From positions 11,261 to 75,260 of IMG/VR virus record IMGVR_UViG_3300025000_000077: DNA of 64,000 nt; one strand, written 5' to 3'. The notes under the pieces were generated by a model, which saw only the letters and a list, made by a program, of their open reading frames with translations, was not told where the DNA came from and did no database searches. The position numbers and the translations under genes are program-made. Shown piece by piece: positions 30,628 through 39,951 of this stretch; position 1 is the first letter of the stretch, and each line of letters begins with the position of its first letter. The stretch comes from a virus.

Positions 30628-30858
30628 TTATTCCAACTCCTTACCTGTCCACTGATAATATTCAGGATCGTCAGAAGGTGCGTTTTCGACCTTCTCGATA
30701 ATTCCTTTGTCAATCAATGCTCTTAAGGTGTTTCCTGTGAAACCTGGGACGGATTTCAATTCAACTGAAGTAAACTTTCTTCCATTCTCCCAAGCATTCA
30801 ACTGTTTAATTTTGTCTAATGTAGATTCTTGTATTCCTGTCCGTGTCATAGTTACCAC
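30628..30858 (-). CDS. Winged-helix DNA-binding protein
   Basis: FTSVEL...TLRALIDKGIIEKV...YYQW pattern. Confidence 0.55.
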   Translation of the reverse strand: MVTMTRTGIQESTLDKIKQLNAWENGRKFTSVELKSVPGFTGNTLRALIDKGIIEKVENAPSDDPEYYQWTGKELE

Positions 30859-31059
30859 ATTGTAGCTTAGTTGCTATGTTACTATACAACTTATAGGTAT
30901 AAGTACTTAACTGAAAATAATAACATGTGAATAAAAGTAACAATTCAAAATGAAACTCAAAAATAGTTTTATTACCGAGAGTAATACAAAAAAACAGGTT
31001 GGTATGTAATTATAATACAAAACGTATTACTCGGATGTGGTTTTATAAAAAGTGAAAAA

Positions 31060-31761
31060 TCAAGAAGAACATTCTTCGGATTTCAGATTATTATATTCTT
31101 CTTTTGTATAATAACATTTATAATCATATTTCTCTTTTAAAATTGTCTTGAAATAATCTTCCCATCTATCTCTATCAAAGTTTGTTTTCCCATGACATTC
31201 TTCACAAAGTGGAACCATCATCACTTTAGAACTGTCACAACATGCATTTTTATTATAGTCTACGTGATGAACATATAACATCTTACGATTGTCTTCTTGT
31301 GGTTTCCCACATAGAAAACATTTATTCCCAAAAAACGATCTCACCCTTCTTTTTAAATCAGCATTGAATTTACTGCAGTATATTCCATAATTAACTCCAC
31401 CACGCCAGTTTTTAGAAAGCCACCCTGTATTTAACAACCCATTCTTCTCCCGTATGGGTTTCATAGCAATGCGAACACATTTATCACTACAATATTTCCG
31501 ATTTCCTTCGAAACTATAATTTATGTAAAATATTGTGTTGCATACAGGACACTCAACTGCATTGCATTTATACACCGTTTTGTGTTTTCCATTTTCGCGG
31601 TCTCTAACATCTTTTGGTAAATCTAAAAATGATATTTCCCCTGCTTTACATTTTTTTAACAGGTATCTATCCATGCAGTTTTCAGAACAAAAATGAAGTT
31701 CTTTATATATATGATCACACATATTGATTACAGGTTCTCCACAGCACAAACAATAAATCAT
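31060..31761 (-). CDS. Zn-finger HNH endonuclease
   Basis: FCSENC and YCSDKC Zn knuckles, NWRGG, CFLCG...VHHVDYN...LCEECH. Confidence 0.85.
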   Translation of the reverse strand: MIYCLCCGEPVINMCDHIYKELHFCSENCMDRYLLKKCKAGEISFLDLPKDVRDRENGKHKTVYKCNAVECPVCNTIFYINYSFEGNRKYCSDKCVRIAMKPIREKNGLLNTGWLSKNWRGGVNYGIYCSKFNADLKRRVRSFFGNKCFLCGKPQEDNRKMLYVHHVDYNKNACCDSSKVMMVPLCEECHGKTNFDRDRWEDYFKTILKEKYDYKCYYTKEEYNNLKSEECSS

Positions 31762-31763
31762 AT

Positions 31764-32423
31764 TTAAGCCTCTCTGTTTTTCTTTACCCTCTCTTCATCA
31801 TCCCATCTTTCAACCCACCGATAAAGCGTAGATGCCGGGATCTGCATCACTCTAGCAATCTGAGCAGTTTTTAACCCCTGTGTTTTCCACTTAAGATATT
31901 CTTTCTTGTCCGGCTGTCTCTCCGGTCTACCTATTACTTTTCCTTCCTCTCTTGCCCTCTCGATGCCTAACTTTGTTCTTTCAACTAGAGAGTTCCTTTC
32001 AAGTTCCGCAAACCAACTAAATAAAGCAGAAAATATATTTCGTATTCCAGGGATGTCTGTAATCTTAGTCCATGTTTCATTATTTGATAGTGAAATTATT
32101 ACAGTGCCGTATGATTCGATCTCTATGAACAGTTGTAAAGATTCGATAGATGTTCTTCCAAGTCTCGATATCTCAAAAATATATAACTTATCAACTTCTC
32201 CATTTTGCACACGTTCAAATATATGTTTAAATCCATTCCTTTTCTTTGCAGGCGTTAAACTGGAAACACCTTCGTCACCGTAAATGTTTGAAGGTTCTAA
32301 CCCAAGCTCACGCAGTTTACGCAATTGATTTGAAATGTTCTGTTCATCTCTTGATGTTCTGGCATAACCCAAAGACACTTTGTTTTTTTCTTCGATTACC
32401 ATAACTATATTTATGGTTACCAT
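31764..32423 (-). CDS. Small serine recombinase (resolvase/invertase family)
   Basis: GYARTS catalytic Ser, ISRLGR, AELERNSLVERTKLG...GRP, C-terminal HTH. Confidence 0.93.
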   Translation of the reverse strand: MVTINIVMVIEEKNKVSLGYARTSRDEQNISNQLRKLRELGLEPSNIYGDEGVSSLTPAKKRNGFKHIFERVQNGEVDKLYIFEISRLGRTSIESLQLFIEIESYGTVIISLSNNETWTKITDIPGIRNIFSALFSWFAELERNSLVERTKLGIERAREEGKVIGRPERQPDKKEYLKWKTQGLKTAQIARVMQIPASTLYRWVERWDDEERVKKNREA

Positions 32424-32868
32424 ACTATTTAAACATTGCTCAATCGTTTAAAGTAATATAAAACGGTCGTTTATGGTAATATATGACGGCTTGTATAATT
32501 GAAATATGATATAAAAAAGATATAAATCCATTCTAAACATCGGCGGTTTTATATAATATTACAATAAATCAAATACATTAATTATAATCCAAATTATTAA
32601 TCTCCCCAAATACCCAACCCACACCACGTCCCACACAAAAACTCTACCCTAAACAAACAAAAAACCATACAAAACGCATAGCAAAAAATAACCGATGCCG
32701 TTTTAATGTTCAAGGAGTATAAAACAGTATAAGAAACTTAACACCCAAAATAAAATAAAAACCTTAAAATACTATGAAGAAATATTAAATGTGCCTCAGT
32801 GTACTACCCCACATTGAGACTCAAATCCTCTGAAAAACAGACCTCTTCTTCCTTAGAAAAACGAGCTG

Positions 32869-32947
32869 AAAAACCGCCAGGAGTTGAACGGAGCTAACGT
32901 TAAGAAACCTGGCGGTATCTCATGCAGTGTGCAAAACACTCTGCAAC
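32869..32947 (-). ncRNA. Putative ~80-nt small RNA with two hairpins; loop carries UUAGCUCCGUUC
   Basis: Hairpin 1 at 32923-32945. Perfect 9-bp stem at 32873-32881/32908-32916 followed by U5. TATA-like box ~26 nt upstream. Intergenic. Confidence 0.6.
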
Positions 32948-32964
32948 TACTATTTTATGTTCTA

Positions 32965-32986
32965 CCCCTATATATTATTTTGGTAT
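32965..32986 (-). promoter_or_regulatory. BRE/TATA-like promoter for the putative sRNA
   Basis: Minus strand reads CCAAAATAATATATAGGGG, centred ~26 nt from 32947. Confidence 0.5.
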
Positions 32987-33276
32987 TATTTTATTATATC
33001 CTCGGATATCCATTTCTGAAGTTATAATAATATATAATTATACCGCAGCCGTTTTTAAAAAAAAGAAAGTTGAATTAATTTTTATAAGTCGGGCTGATTC
33101 CAATAATCAGGCTCTTTATCGGGAGTCTGTGGGATGAATTCAACATTATACAGACATGTCCTGCCGTCTGGTGTATCCTCCGAGGTGGTGGGATATATCT
33201 TTTGCATCGCCCTGAAACTGGTAAAAGGGATTTGAGAGCAGTGCTTATGCCAATAGAGAGGGATATCAAGGGGCAT

Positions 33277-33735
33277 TTAATTTGTCCTCCCGGAGAGTGT
33301 CGTATCCTCCCTGGATACTGCGAGCAGTTTGTCAATTTTTGAAATAATTCCGTCGATGTTATACGGGCGGACAAACGTTGTGTTTTCATTCAGGGGGTCT
33401 GAGTCAATTTCAAACCCCTCCTCTATGACATTATCCGGGGCTGTGTCAGTCACGCGCCCGGTGAGTTGATCCCACTCCGTAATAAACGATCTTGCCAGGT
33501 CGTGCTCACTGCCTGTTATTGTGTCGAGTGAGACGAAACCACCGGTTACGGCATCATAGATGGACCATTTGTCTGACGGTTTTGAGCTGTCGACTTGCAG
33601 TCCGAGTCTGGCGTTAAGTTGATAATTTCCGGTTACTCGGCTGGGGTTGATTTTAAAATCTCTATGCTTCTCTGCCATTTCGATAAGATGATTTTCTAAC
33701 ATTAGTTCCATGATGTGTGCCCCCGTTATACCCAT
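33277..33735 (-). CDS. Hypothetical protein
   Basis: 152-aa ORF coupled to the upstream gene. Confidence 0.55.
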   Translation of the reverse strand: MGITGAHIMELMLENHLIEMAEKHRDFKINPSRVTGNYQLNARLGLQVDSSKPSDKWSIYDAVTGGFVSLDTITGSEHDLARSFITEWDQLTGRVTDTAPDNVIEEGFEIDSDPLNENTTFVRPYNIDGIISKIDKLLAVSREDTTLSGRTN

Positions 33736-34118
33736 TTTAAAGCGGCAGTTGGTTTGACATCAGTGGTCTTCCTGAACTCCAGAACTTCAGGATGAGTCTC
33801 AGCGTAGGTATCAATGGCCTTGGTATCATATGATGTCCTCACAGCTCCTTTTCTGTATTTGAGCTCTACAAAATCACATTCAAAGTTTGACTGAGATTCA
33901 ATTATGTAGTCCTTTGCTTTTTGGATCAAGTTCTCTGCGTATTCCTGCTGCGGTTTGATATTATCCAGTGTGTGATACGCAACTTTAAGAGTGTTTTTTA
34001 AAAGATCGTCGGTTGCGTCCTCTTGTGTTTTCCCAAAGCCCGCCGGACTAACTCCGATATTAATAAAATCTTCAAATGTTGCACACCAATCTGAACCATC
34101 TAAAAATATTTTTATCAT
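33726..34118 (-). CDS. Hypothetical protein
   Basis: 130 aa, preceded by GAACGGAGCTA. Confidence 0.65.
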   Translation of the reverse strand: MIKIFLDGSDWCATFEDFINIGVSPAGFGKTQEDATDDLLKNTLKVAYHTLDNIKPQQEYAENLIQKAKDYIIESQSNFECDFVELKYRKGAVRTSYDTKAIDTYAETHPEVLEFRKTTDVKPTAALKWV

Positions 34119-34119
34119 G

Positions 34120-34275
34120 TTAATTAGCTCCGTTCTGGATCTGATCTAATAATTCCTCATTCTCTGTTTTCAGTCTCTCTAATTCTATTTTGAGCTGTTC
34201 AATTTCCTCGTCTTTTTCATCCAGTTCGCTCTCAAGATCACTGAGCATGTCTATTATTTTAGATATTTGCACCAT
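34120..34275 (-). CDS. 51-aa coiled-coil protein (not in ORF track)
   Basis: MVQISKIIDMLSDLESELDEKDEEIEQLKIELERLK..., preceded by GAACGGAGCTA. Confidence 0.65.
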   Translation of the reverse strand: MVQISKIIDMLSDLESELDEKDEEIEQLKIELERLKTENEELLDQIQNGAN

Positions 34276-34291
34276 TGTTATAGCTCCGTTC

Positions 34292-35068
34292 TTATTTTCT
34301 CCTTATCCCTAATGTTCGCTCATAATCCTCAAATCTCGACTTTATGATTTCTTTTCGGTCATCTGATCGGATTACTACACCCTCGGCTAACCCACTGTGA
34401 CCATTTATGCCCGCATGTGTTGTCCTGTACGACTGTAAAAAATCATATGTTTCTTCGATGCCTGTCGGGATATCGCGCCCGTATAGGTTCCCGCAAAAGG
34501 GTACTTGTTCGAGATTGAAACGTATACAAAACTCAGACCGGCCTTCTGTGTTAAAAAACGACTGCCCGCCATTGTCTCTCCAATTTGCGATTTGTTCACG
34601 AGGCATTTTAAGAAGTGATATATATTCAATTGGGTTTATATACATCACATCAAAAACTCTAACATCGTAGGTTTTCGAGTCAGTGTACTGTTTTGTAGCC
34701 TGGAGTTTACCGCCGTACAACTCCGAAAATATTGTATAAATGCCTTTTGGGATATTGTTCTGTATATCAATAGATATTTTTTTGCAGTCGGTTAGAGAAT
34801 TGTCCACGATGTCAAGGGATGGATTTATTATCCTGTCTCCTTCAGCGTGGAGCAATTCTTCCCGTGATCCGATCACGTAATCGCAATAAGATGAATTTAT
34901 AAAAATCTTTCTCGTGTTTGTCCCATCTATTTTTTCAGATACGTGATATATCCTATCTGGATCGAGTGTGACTGATAATTCTGGCTGTAACCTGCCCCGG
35001 TTGCCCATTTTGTGATATGTTTTTATTTCCGGGTATTTAGTCATCGAATTTAGTTTGTTAAAATCCAT
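34292..35068 (-). CDS. ATP-dependent RNA ligase (Rnl2-like)
   Basis: Nucleotidyltransferase motifs EKIDGTN, ELYG, FDV, EGVV, K.R. Start set by the motif at 35074-35084. Confidence 0.85.
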   Translation of the reverse strand: MDFNKLNSMTKYPEIKTYHKMGNRGRLQPELSVTLDPDRIYHVSEKIDGTNTRKIFINSSYCDYVIGSREELLHAEGDRIINPSLDIVDNSLTDCKKISIDIQNNIPKGIYTIFSELYGGKLQATKQYTDSKTYDVRVFDVMYINPIEYISLLKMPREQIANWRDNGGQSFFNTEGRSEFCIRFNLEQVPFCGNLYGRDIPTGIEETYDFLQSYRTTHAGINGHSGLAEGVVIRSDDRKEIIKSRFEDYERTLGIRRK

Positions 35069-35243
35069 TGTTATAGCTCCGTCCATATACTCTAATTTTA
35101 AAATTGACAACTGTTAAACGATCATTTAAATGATCAATTTTCCTTGAGTCCCTTTCACTCTGCAAACTTTTGAGAATCGCTGCCTTCTCGTCGATTAGAT
35201 ATTGTTTCCTAAGTGGGATCTCAACGCATTGCAATTTATTCAC
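35058..35243 (-). CDS. Hypothetical protein
   Basis: Coupled to neighbours. Confidence 0.45.
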   Translation of the reverse strand: MNKLQCVEIPLRKQYLIDEKAAILKSLQSERDSRKIDHLNDRLTVVNFKIRVYGRSYNNGF

Positions 35244-35804
35244 TCCCTACAAAGTAGGCCCGCCCGCTTTCAAGCATCTCAAACCATGCCCTTGAATCTA
35301 CAAAATACTTCATATCCCCGGATGTAGCCGGACGATATTTACCGGTTGAGTTTTCGAGGTCTTCTGCGAGGAGGGGACGTTTTGAGAACTCCTCTATGTA
35401 TAGGTTTCCTGATTTGATCAGTGCCCACATTACCCGGATACAGTGGCTCAGAATACCACCATCCCGAGATAAGCTTCTGATTTTGAATACCGCAGGCACA
35501 GAGGCAATTCCTGCCCGAATAACGTGTCATACATGATTGAGCAATGATCACAGGATAATTCGTTGCATGAGACTGTAGGGAGTATCAGAGAGGCTATTAC
35601 CGGGAGTTCCATCAAGCTCTCACCTTCGTTTTACATCTTCCCTTCTTGGACGATGTGAATATTACCCATATTGAATTGAAATACATCATTGTTTTTTGTT
35701 TTCGGGCAGCCATCTTCAAAACACCCTTACCCTAAGTTTCTTTTTGATACCACATGCCCGGTATCTTCTCTCTGCAAGTCGGCGGCCAATGAGGTTTGTA
35801 GGGA

Positions 35805-35957
35805 TCATGCGCTGATCCCTCTTAGGTATATAGTATCTACAGCGCATTTGTCGCCGTCATCAAATTTAACAAGGGTTTCGTCTTCGTTTCCCTGTAGAAC
35901 AGTACCGCATGTTTTCATCTTTCTGAATTGTACTCTGGTTCCAATTTTGAAACTCAT
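35805..35957 (-). CDS. Small SH3/Tudor-like protein
   Basis: MSFKIGTRVQF...GTV...LVKFDDG; preceded by GAACGGAGCTA. Confidence 0.55.
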   Translation of the reverse strand: MSFKIGTRVQFRKMKTCGTVLQGNEDETLVKFDDGDKCAVDTIYLRGISA

Positions 35958-36119
35958 TTTCATAGCTCCGTTCTTTTTGTGAGGATCACGTTTTTCTATA
36001 CTAATACTACACACTTATGACATATAAACTTTACTATTAATCGATTATTAATGGGTTGTTGGAAGATTTACAGTTGATTATCAATAGATTTATATGTGAT
36101 AAAAGCATATAGGATACAT

Positions 36120-36293
36120 ATGGCAGCGATGGATAAACAGATAGTTGTCAGTGATTTTGTTGACGAGTATCTAAAAAACATGAAGGACGACGAAAGTCAT
36201 TCGAACATTGATTCAGTAATAAGAACACTGATTCATGAAAGTGAAGCGTATAGAATGATGAAACCGAAGAGAAAAGCGAGGAAACAAGAATGA
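36120..36293 (+). CDS. Ribbon-helix-helix-like DNA-binding protein
   Basis: KQIVVSDFVDEYLKNMK...SNIDSVIRTLI; TATA box ~25 nt upstream. Confidence 0.55.
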   Translation: MAAMDKQIVVSDFVDEYLKNMKDDESHSNIDSVIRTLIHESEAYRMMKPKRKARKQE

Positions 36294-36586
36294 AAAATGA
36301 AAACAACACACTTACTGCTTGCAAGCCAGATGATCAAACTGAATACATAAACAAAATAATAGGGAACTTTGAATATATTAAAAAAGATATTAACAAAGTA
36401 CAGAAATTGTTGGGTGATTCTCCACAGAATAAATTAAGAAGCTTTGAAAATATCTCGAAATCCAGATTATATGCTAAAGAGATAAGGGAATGTGCAGATT
36501 GGATTATTAAGCAGACTGTACAGCTTGAAGAAGATATAATTATATGGGGAGATTCGAGGAATGAGAATCTCACGGACTCAACCTAA
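36290..36586 (+). CDS. Hypothetical helical protein
   Basis: ATGA overlap with the upstream gene. Confidence 0.45.
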   Translation: MKNENNTLTACKPDDQTEYINKIIGNFEYIKKDINKVQKLLGDSPQNKLRSFENISKSRLYAKEIRECADWIIKQTVQLEEDIIIWGDSRNENLTDST

Positions 36587-36629
36587 AACATATGTGGTAT
36601 AAATTAAAAGTTGAACGGAGCAAACAATT

Positions 36630-36785
36630 ATGAAAGTCGCATATCTCAGAAAAGCAAACCCAGACGCCGTAAAAAGAATAACATCCTATCCGATCCAAAA
36701 GCACGGCAATCTATTTTTCGAGGGATTATTTATCTCCGCGCTGATTGCCGACCCACTCAGAATGAATCTAATAGAGGCGGTTTGA
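36630..36785 (+). CDS. 51-aa hypothetical protein (not in ORF track)
   Basis: MKVAYLRKANPDAVKRITSYPIQK..., preceded by GAACGGAGCAA. Confidence 0.55.
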   Translation: MKVAYLRKANPDAVKRITSYPIQKHGNLFFEGLFISALIADPLRMNLIEAV

Positions 36786-36921
36786 ATGCCCGCTGAGGAT
36801 TCTGATTTCTGGAATAATCCTGAATACTGTTTTTTCAGACCCGTTGGGTTATGTGAACATCCAGAAACAAGGGCGATGGAGAGTGTAATAAGAGAAATTG
36901 TCCATTTGAGGATGGGATATA

Positions 36922-37347
36922 ATGACTGAAATTAGAGTTTTAGCAGTCAGGCAACCCTGGGCAAGTCTCATTGTAGAGGGTTTAAAAACAATTGAAGTGA
37001 GAAGCAAACCTACGAATATTCGTGAGAGGGTGGCGATTTATGCGAGCCGTAACTACAACAGAGAAGATTTCCTAAAGTTGCGGGAAAATCCAAATTATAT
37101 TATGAGATCATGGGATTTTGGAAAGATTTTAGGAACTGTTGAAATTGTTGCTTCGTCTGGTTGCAACGATGAAGTTGAATACGCACTGAATAAAAGAGAA
37201 CATTCAGCACCAGATGAGTATTTCAATGAAGGAAAAACCTATTTTTGGCATTTAAGAAGACCTGTTAAATTCGAAACACCGATTCCCTACAAACCACCAA
37301 AGGGCGCGGTTGTGTGGTCAAAAACAGAACTACCGGAGGGATATTAA
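36922..37347 (+). CDS. ASCH domain protein
   Basis: VRQPWASLIVEGLKTIEVRS signature. Confidence 0.9.
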   Translation: MTEIRVLAVRQPWASLIVEGLKTIEVRSKPTNIRERVAIYASRNYNREDFLKLRENPNYIMRSWDFGKILGTVEIVASSGCNDEVEYALNKREHSAPDEYFNEGKTYFWHLRRPVKFETPIPYKPPKGAVVWSKTELPEGY

Positions 37348-37589
37348 TGCCAGCATTTGAATTAGAAACTGAACTTTTTGATTATTATAGAAAACATGCC
37401 GGGAAACTAGGATGTAAACAGTGCTTTGACGAAAAGAAGGACGAGATTAGGGCAATGAACCGAGAGGGGGCGGACGGGGGCCCTAACTGTCTATGTAAGG
37501 TCGATACCCCCTGCCCATGTGATGACGTTGAAATAGATCTCCTCGTAGATGGGATATGTTATTGTGAGATTTTCGTGTTGGATTGCTAA
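37347..37589 (+). CDS. Ferredoxin:thioredoxin reductase catalytic-subunit-like Fe-S protein
   Basis: CLC-x5-CPC-x12-CYC.IF, like the CPC/CPC/CHC triad. Confidence 0.6.
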   Translation: MPAFELETELFDYYRKHAGKLGCKQCFDEKKDEIRAMNREGADGGPNCLCKVDTPCPCDDVEIDLLVDGICYCEIFVLDC

Positions 37590-37641
37590 GAATTTTGAAA
37601 TTACCGAATGATTTTTTTGAAAACTGAACGGAGCTATTGAT

Positions 37642-38166
37642 ATGATAATTGCATTCGAAGGCGCGGACAAATTAGGAAAAACAACTCAGGCTAAATTATT
37701 GGCCGAGAAATTGAACTGTAAATATATTAAATTCCCGAATGAAGAATTATACAGTGGGAAAATAATAAGACAGATTATTAATAAAGAACTTCCATTCGAG
37801 CCGGTTTCGTTTCAAGCGTTGCAGACTATGAACCGGTTAGAAACCTTTGAAAATATCGATTTCGAACAGTTGTATATATTCGACAGATACAAACTATCCG
37901 GGGTTGTTTACGGGCTGGCTGACGGCCTCCCGGAAGAATGGATCAGAGAAGTTTGTGATTTGTTGCCGGACCCTGATTACACGATCGTTTTTACCGGCGA
38001 ATCGTATGGAAAGGACTCGGATATCTACGGTGAAAAACAGTATAAGATCAGACAGTTGTATCATAATGAAATTGTTGTATATAGATATCCGTGGATTGAT
38101 GTGAGTGGCCGAACCATTGAAGAGGTACATGGTGAAATTTTAAAGATGGTGGAGGGGGTATTATGA
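37642..38166 (+). CDS. tmk: Thymidylate kinase
   Basis: IAFEGADKLGKTTQ P-loop, KFP, FDRY, PDPD. Confidence 0.92.
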   Translation: MIIAFEGADKLGKTTQAKLLAEKLNCKYIKFPNEELYSGKIIRQIINKELPFEPVSFQALQTMNRLETFENIDFEQLYIFDRYKLSGVVYGLADGLPEEWIREVCDLLPDPDYTIVFTGESYGKDSDIYGEKQYKIRQLYHNEIVVYRYPWIDVSGRTIEEVHGEILKMVEGVL

Positions 38167-38894
38167 CCCTCACGATAATCAAAACTTTTAGTTCAGATGA
38201 TATTGATCAACTTAACGAAGAATTGTGGAGAACGATATATCAAAAGGGGAATCCTCTCGTATTCGGGAAGCAGGACGAAACTAAAGCCGCTAGAGAAGTT
38301 TTTGCAATAATTCAGTTGTATGGGAAGGCTCTTGAGAAATTATACAATGGTGAGCTTCCTAAAGGGTGGATGTTTGGGAAAGAAGCCAATAAGATTTATA
38401 TTGAGATGCTGGAAGATCCTGATAGAGGAGAACAGCCTTATACTTACGGTGAACGGCTTCATGGATACACTACTTGGAGTGAAACATCTGAATATGTTTC
38501 TTACGTGGATCAGATGGATGAATGCAAGATAGAGCTTGAAGAAACTATTAAATCAGGGATTCAAAATAATAGAATTTGTGGAGTTATTTGGAATCCGCTT
38601 GATATCTTTCTGAAAAATCCGCCTTGTTTTAATTGGTTCCAGCTCCGCACATCAGAAACTAATAAAGTATCTCTCCGTGTTCTATTTAGATCACACGACT
38701 ACGGAAACGCTAATTTTGCGAATTTTGGAGCCATTATAAGAGCATTCCAGGATGAAGTAATCAGGCCAGCCGGGGGAATCCTCGAAGAGTTGATTTGTGT
38801 TTCAACGTCTGCCCATTTGTATAATAATGATTTAGATATGGTTGAAAATCTCATTGGGAAAGTTCCTGAGCATATCAGGAGGCTCTTAAAATGA
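38163..38894 (+). CDS. thyA: Archaeal-type thymidylate synthase
   Basis: YTYGERL, PPCF catalytic Cys, FRSHD...N, SAHLY. Confidence 0.88.
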   Translation: MTLTIIKTFSSDDIDQLNEELWRTIYQKGNPLVFGKQDETKAAREVFAIIQLYGKALEKLYNGELPKGWMFGKEANKIYIEMLEDPDRGEQPYTYGERLHGYTTWSETSEYVSYVDQMDECKIELEETIKSGIQNNRICGVIWNPLDIFLKNPPCFNWFQLRTSETNKVSLRVLFRSHDYGNANFANFGAIIRAFQDEVIRPAGGILEELICVSTSAHLYNNDLDMVENLIGKVPEHIRRLLK

Positions 38895-39076
38895 TCCCAC
38901 ATCTCGAAACTCAGATACTCCACTACAAAGGGCTACGGGAAACCGGAACACAAAAACAATGCAAATGTGAGAGGTGCGGGACGTGGGGGCAGTGGCGGGG
39001 ATACAGAGAGGAATTTTTAGAAGGGCGGCAGGGCCATGTTAGATGGGTATGTGCGGATTGCTTGGAGGTTGAGTGA
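38891..39076 (+). CDS. Small Zn-finger protein
   Basis: CERC...CADC. Confidence 0.5.
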   Translation: MIPHLETQILHYKGLRETGTQKQCKCERCGTWGQWRGYREEFLEGRQGHVRWVCADCLEVE

Positions 39077-39951
39077 TGCCGACTGAAATTCCCACATTCG
39101 AGGACATTGTAATAAAACATCGTTTGATCCAATTTTCGAACGGAGATAAAGAAGAACTTGAAGAACTCTTAAGCATTTATTACGATGAGAAATGCACTAT
39201 CAAAGTGGAAATCCCCGGCAATGAAAACAGGAAAGCTTATTCCGAGGACGAAATAGGTTTTAAACCCGTACCGATGCCGAAAAAGTCCACAAAAAAAGGA
39301 AAAGAGGAAGAATCACAGACAGGTGACTATTCATTCCAATTTTCAAATGAGACAGGCATTGAAAAACGTTTGAAAATCCGGTTTGAGAGGAAGAGCGTAG
39401 AGGATTTTTGCGGGACTGTAATAAATAATTGGGGTCGGTTTTTGGCGGAATTGGAAAGAGCCAGATTCAATCCTGAAATTGAAGATTTTAGAATAGTGGT
39501 GGAGGGCGATAGGCTTCAGGCCCTTACGTTTTTTTTCCCATATCCTAAAATATGCAAATATTGTGAGAGTATCGGGTACAGGATGGAAAATAAAAAAAGG
39601 AAGTATTATTGTCGGATAACCGGAAAGGATGTAAATTACAATTCGAATTGTAGGCAGTTGAGAGTCAAGAAGCGGAGTCCAAAACAGATCGCTCAACTGA
39701 TATCATTCAAAAGAAAGAAAATCGGGCTGATCGAGGCGATGGGCTTTCCTATTGAATGGTGTGGGAGCCGGGGGGAGGCAGCGACCCACATAAATGTGGC
39801 GGTGAAACAGTATTTTATAGTTCATTATGAGGAGATTTTAGGTTTGAATGCGGGTTTTAAGTTGGTTGGGGAGGATAAGGACACTTTGACTTTTAAGGCG
39901 GATGGGACTATATTTCGGGTGTTGAAAACAGCAGTGGACGTCCTAGCATGA
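39073..39951 (+). CDS. ERCC4/XPF-family nuclease with Cys4 insertion
   Basis: TGDY...FERKSVEDF...ELER...IVVEG. Confidence 0.8.
   Translation: MMPTEIPTFEDIVIKHRLIQFSNGDKEELEELLSIYYDEKCTIKVEIPGNENRKAYSEDEIGFKPVPMPKKSTKKGKEEESQTGDYSFQFSNETGIEKRLKIRFERKSVEDFCGTVINNWGRFLAELERARFNPEIEDFRIVVEGDRLQALTFFFPYPKICKYCESIGYRMENKKRKYYCRITGKDVNYNSNCRQLRVKKRSPKQIAQLISFKRKKIGLIEAMGFPIEWCGSRGEAATHINVAVKQYFIVHYEEILGLNAGFKLVGEDKDTLTFKADGTIFRVLKTAVDVLA

Noticed and set aside
31060-32423. IS607-like element (serine recombinase plus nuclease)
   Set aside because: The recombinase has a C-terminal HTH (resolvase type) and the partner is HNH, not RuvC TnpB.
32922-33137. 71-aa ORF as the gene served by the 32886 motif copy
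   Set aside because: The motif is 25 nt from the ATG versus 4-7 nt elsewhere, and the ORF crosses AT-rich promoter/terminator sequence with no protein-like features.
38163-38894. dCMP hydroxymethylase / hypermodified-base system
   Set aside because: The specificity residue is Asn (dUMP type), the sequence looks like methanogen ThyA, and no modification transferases are nearby; dUMP hydroxymethylation is not strictly excluded.
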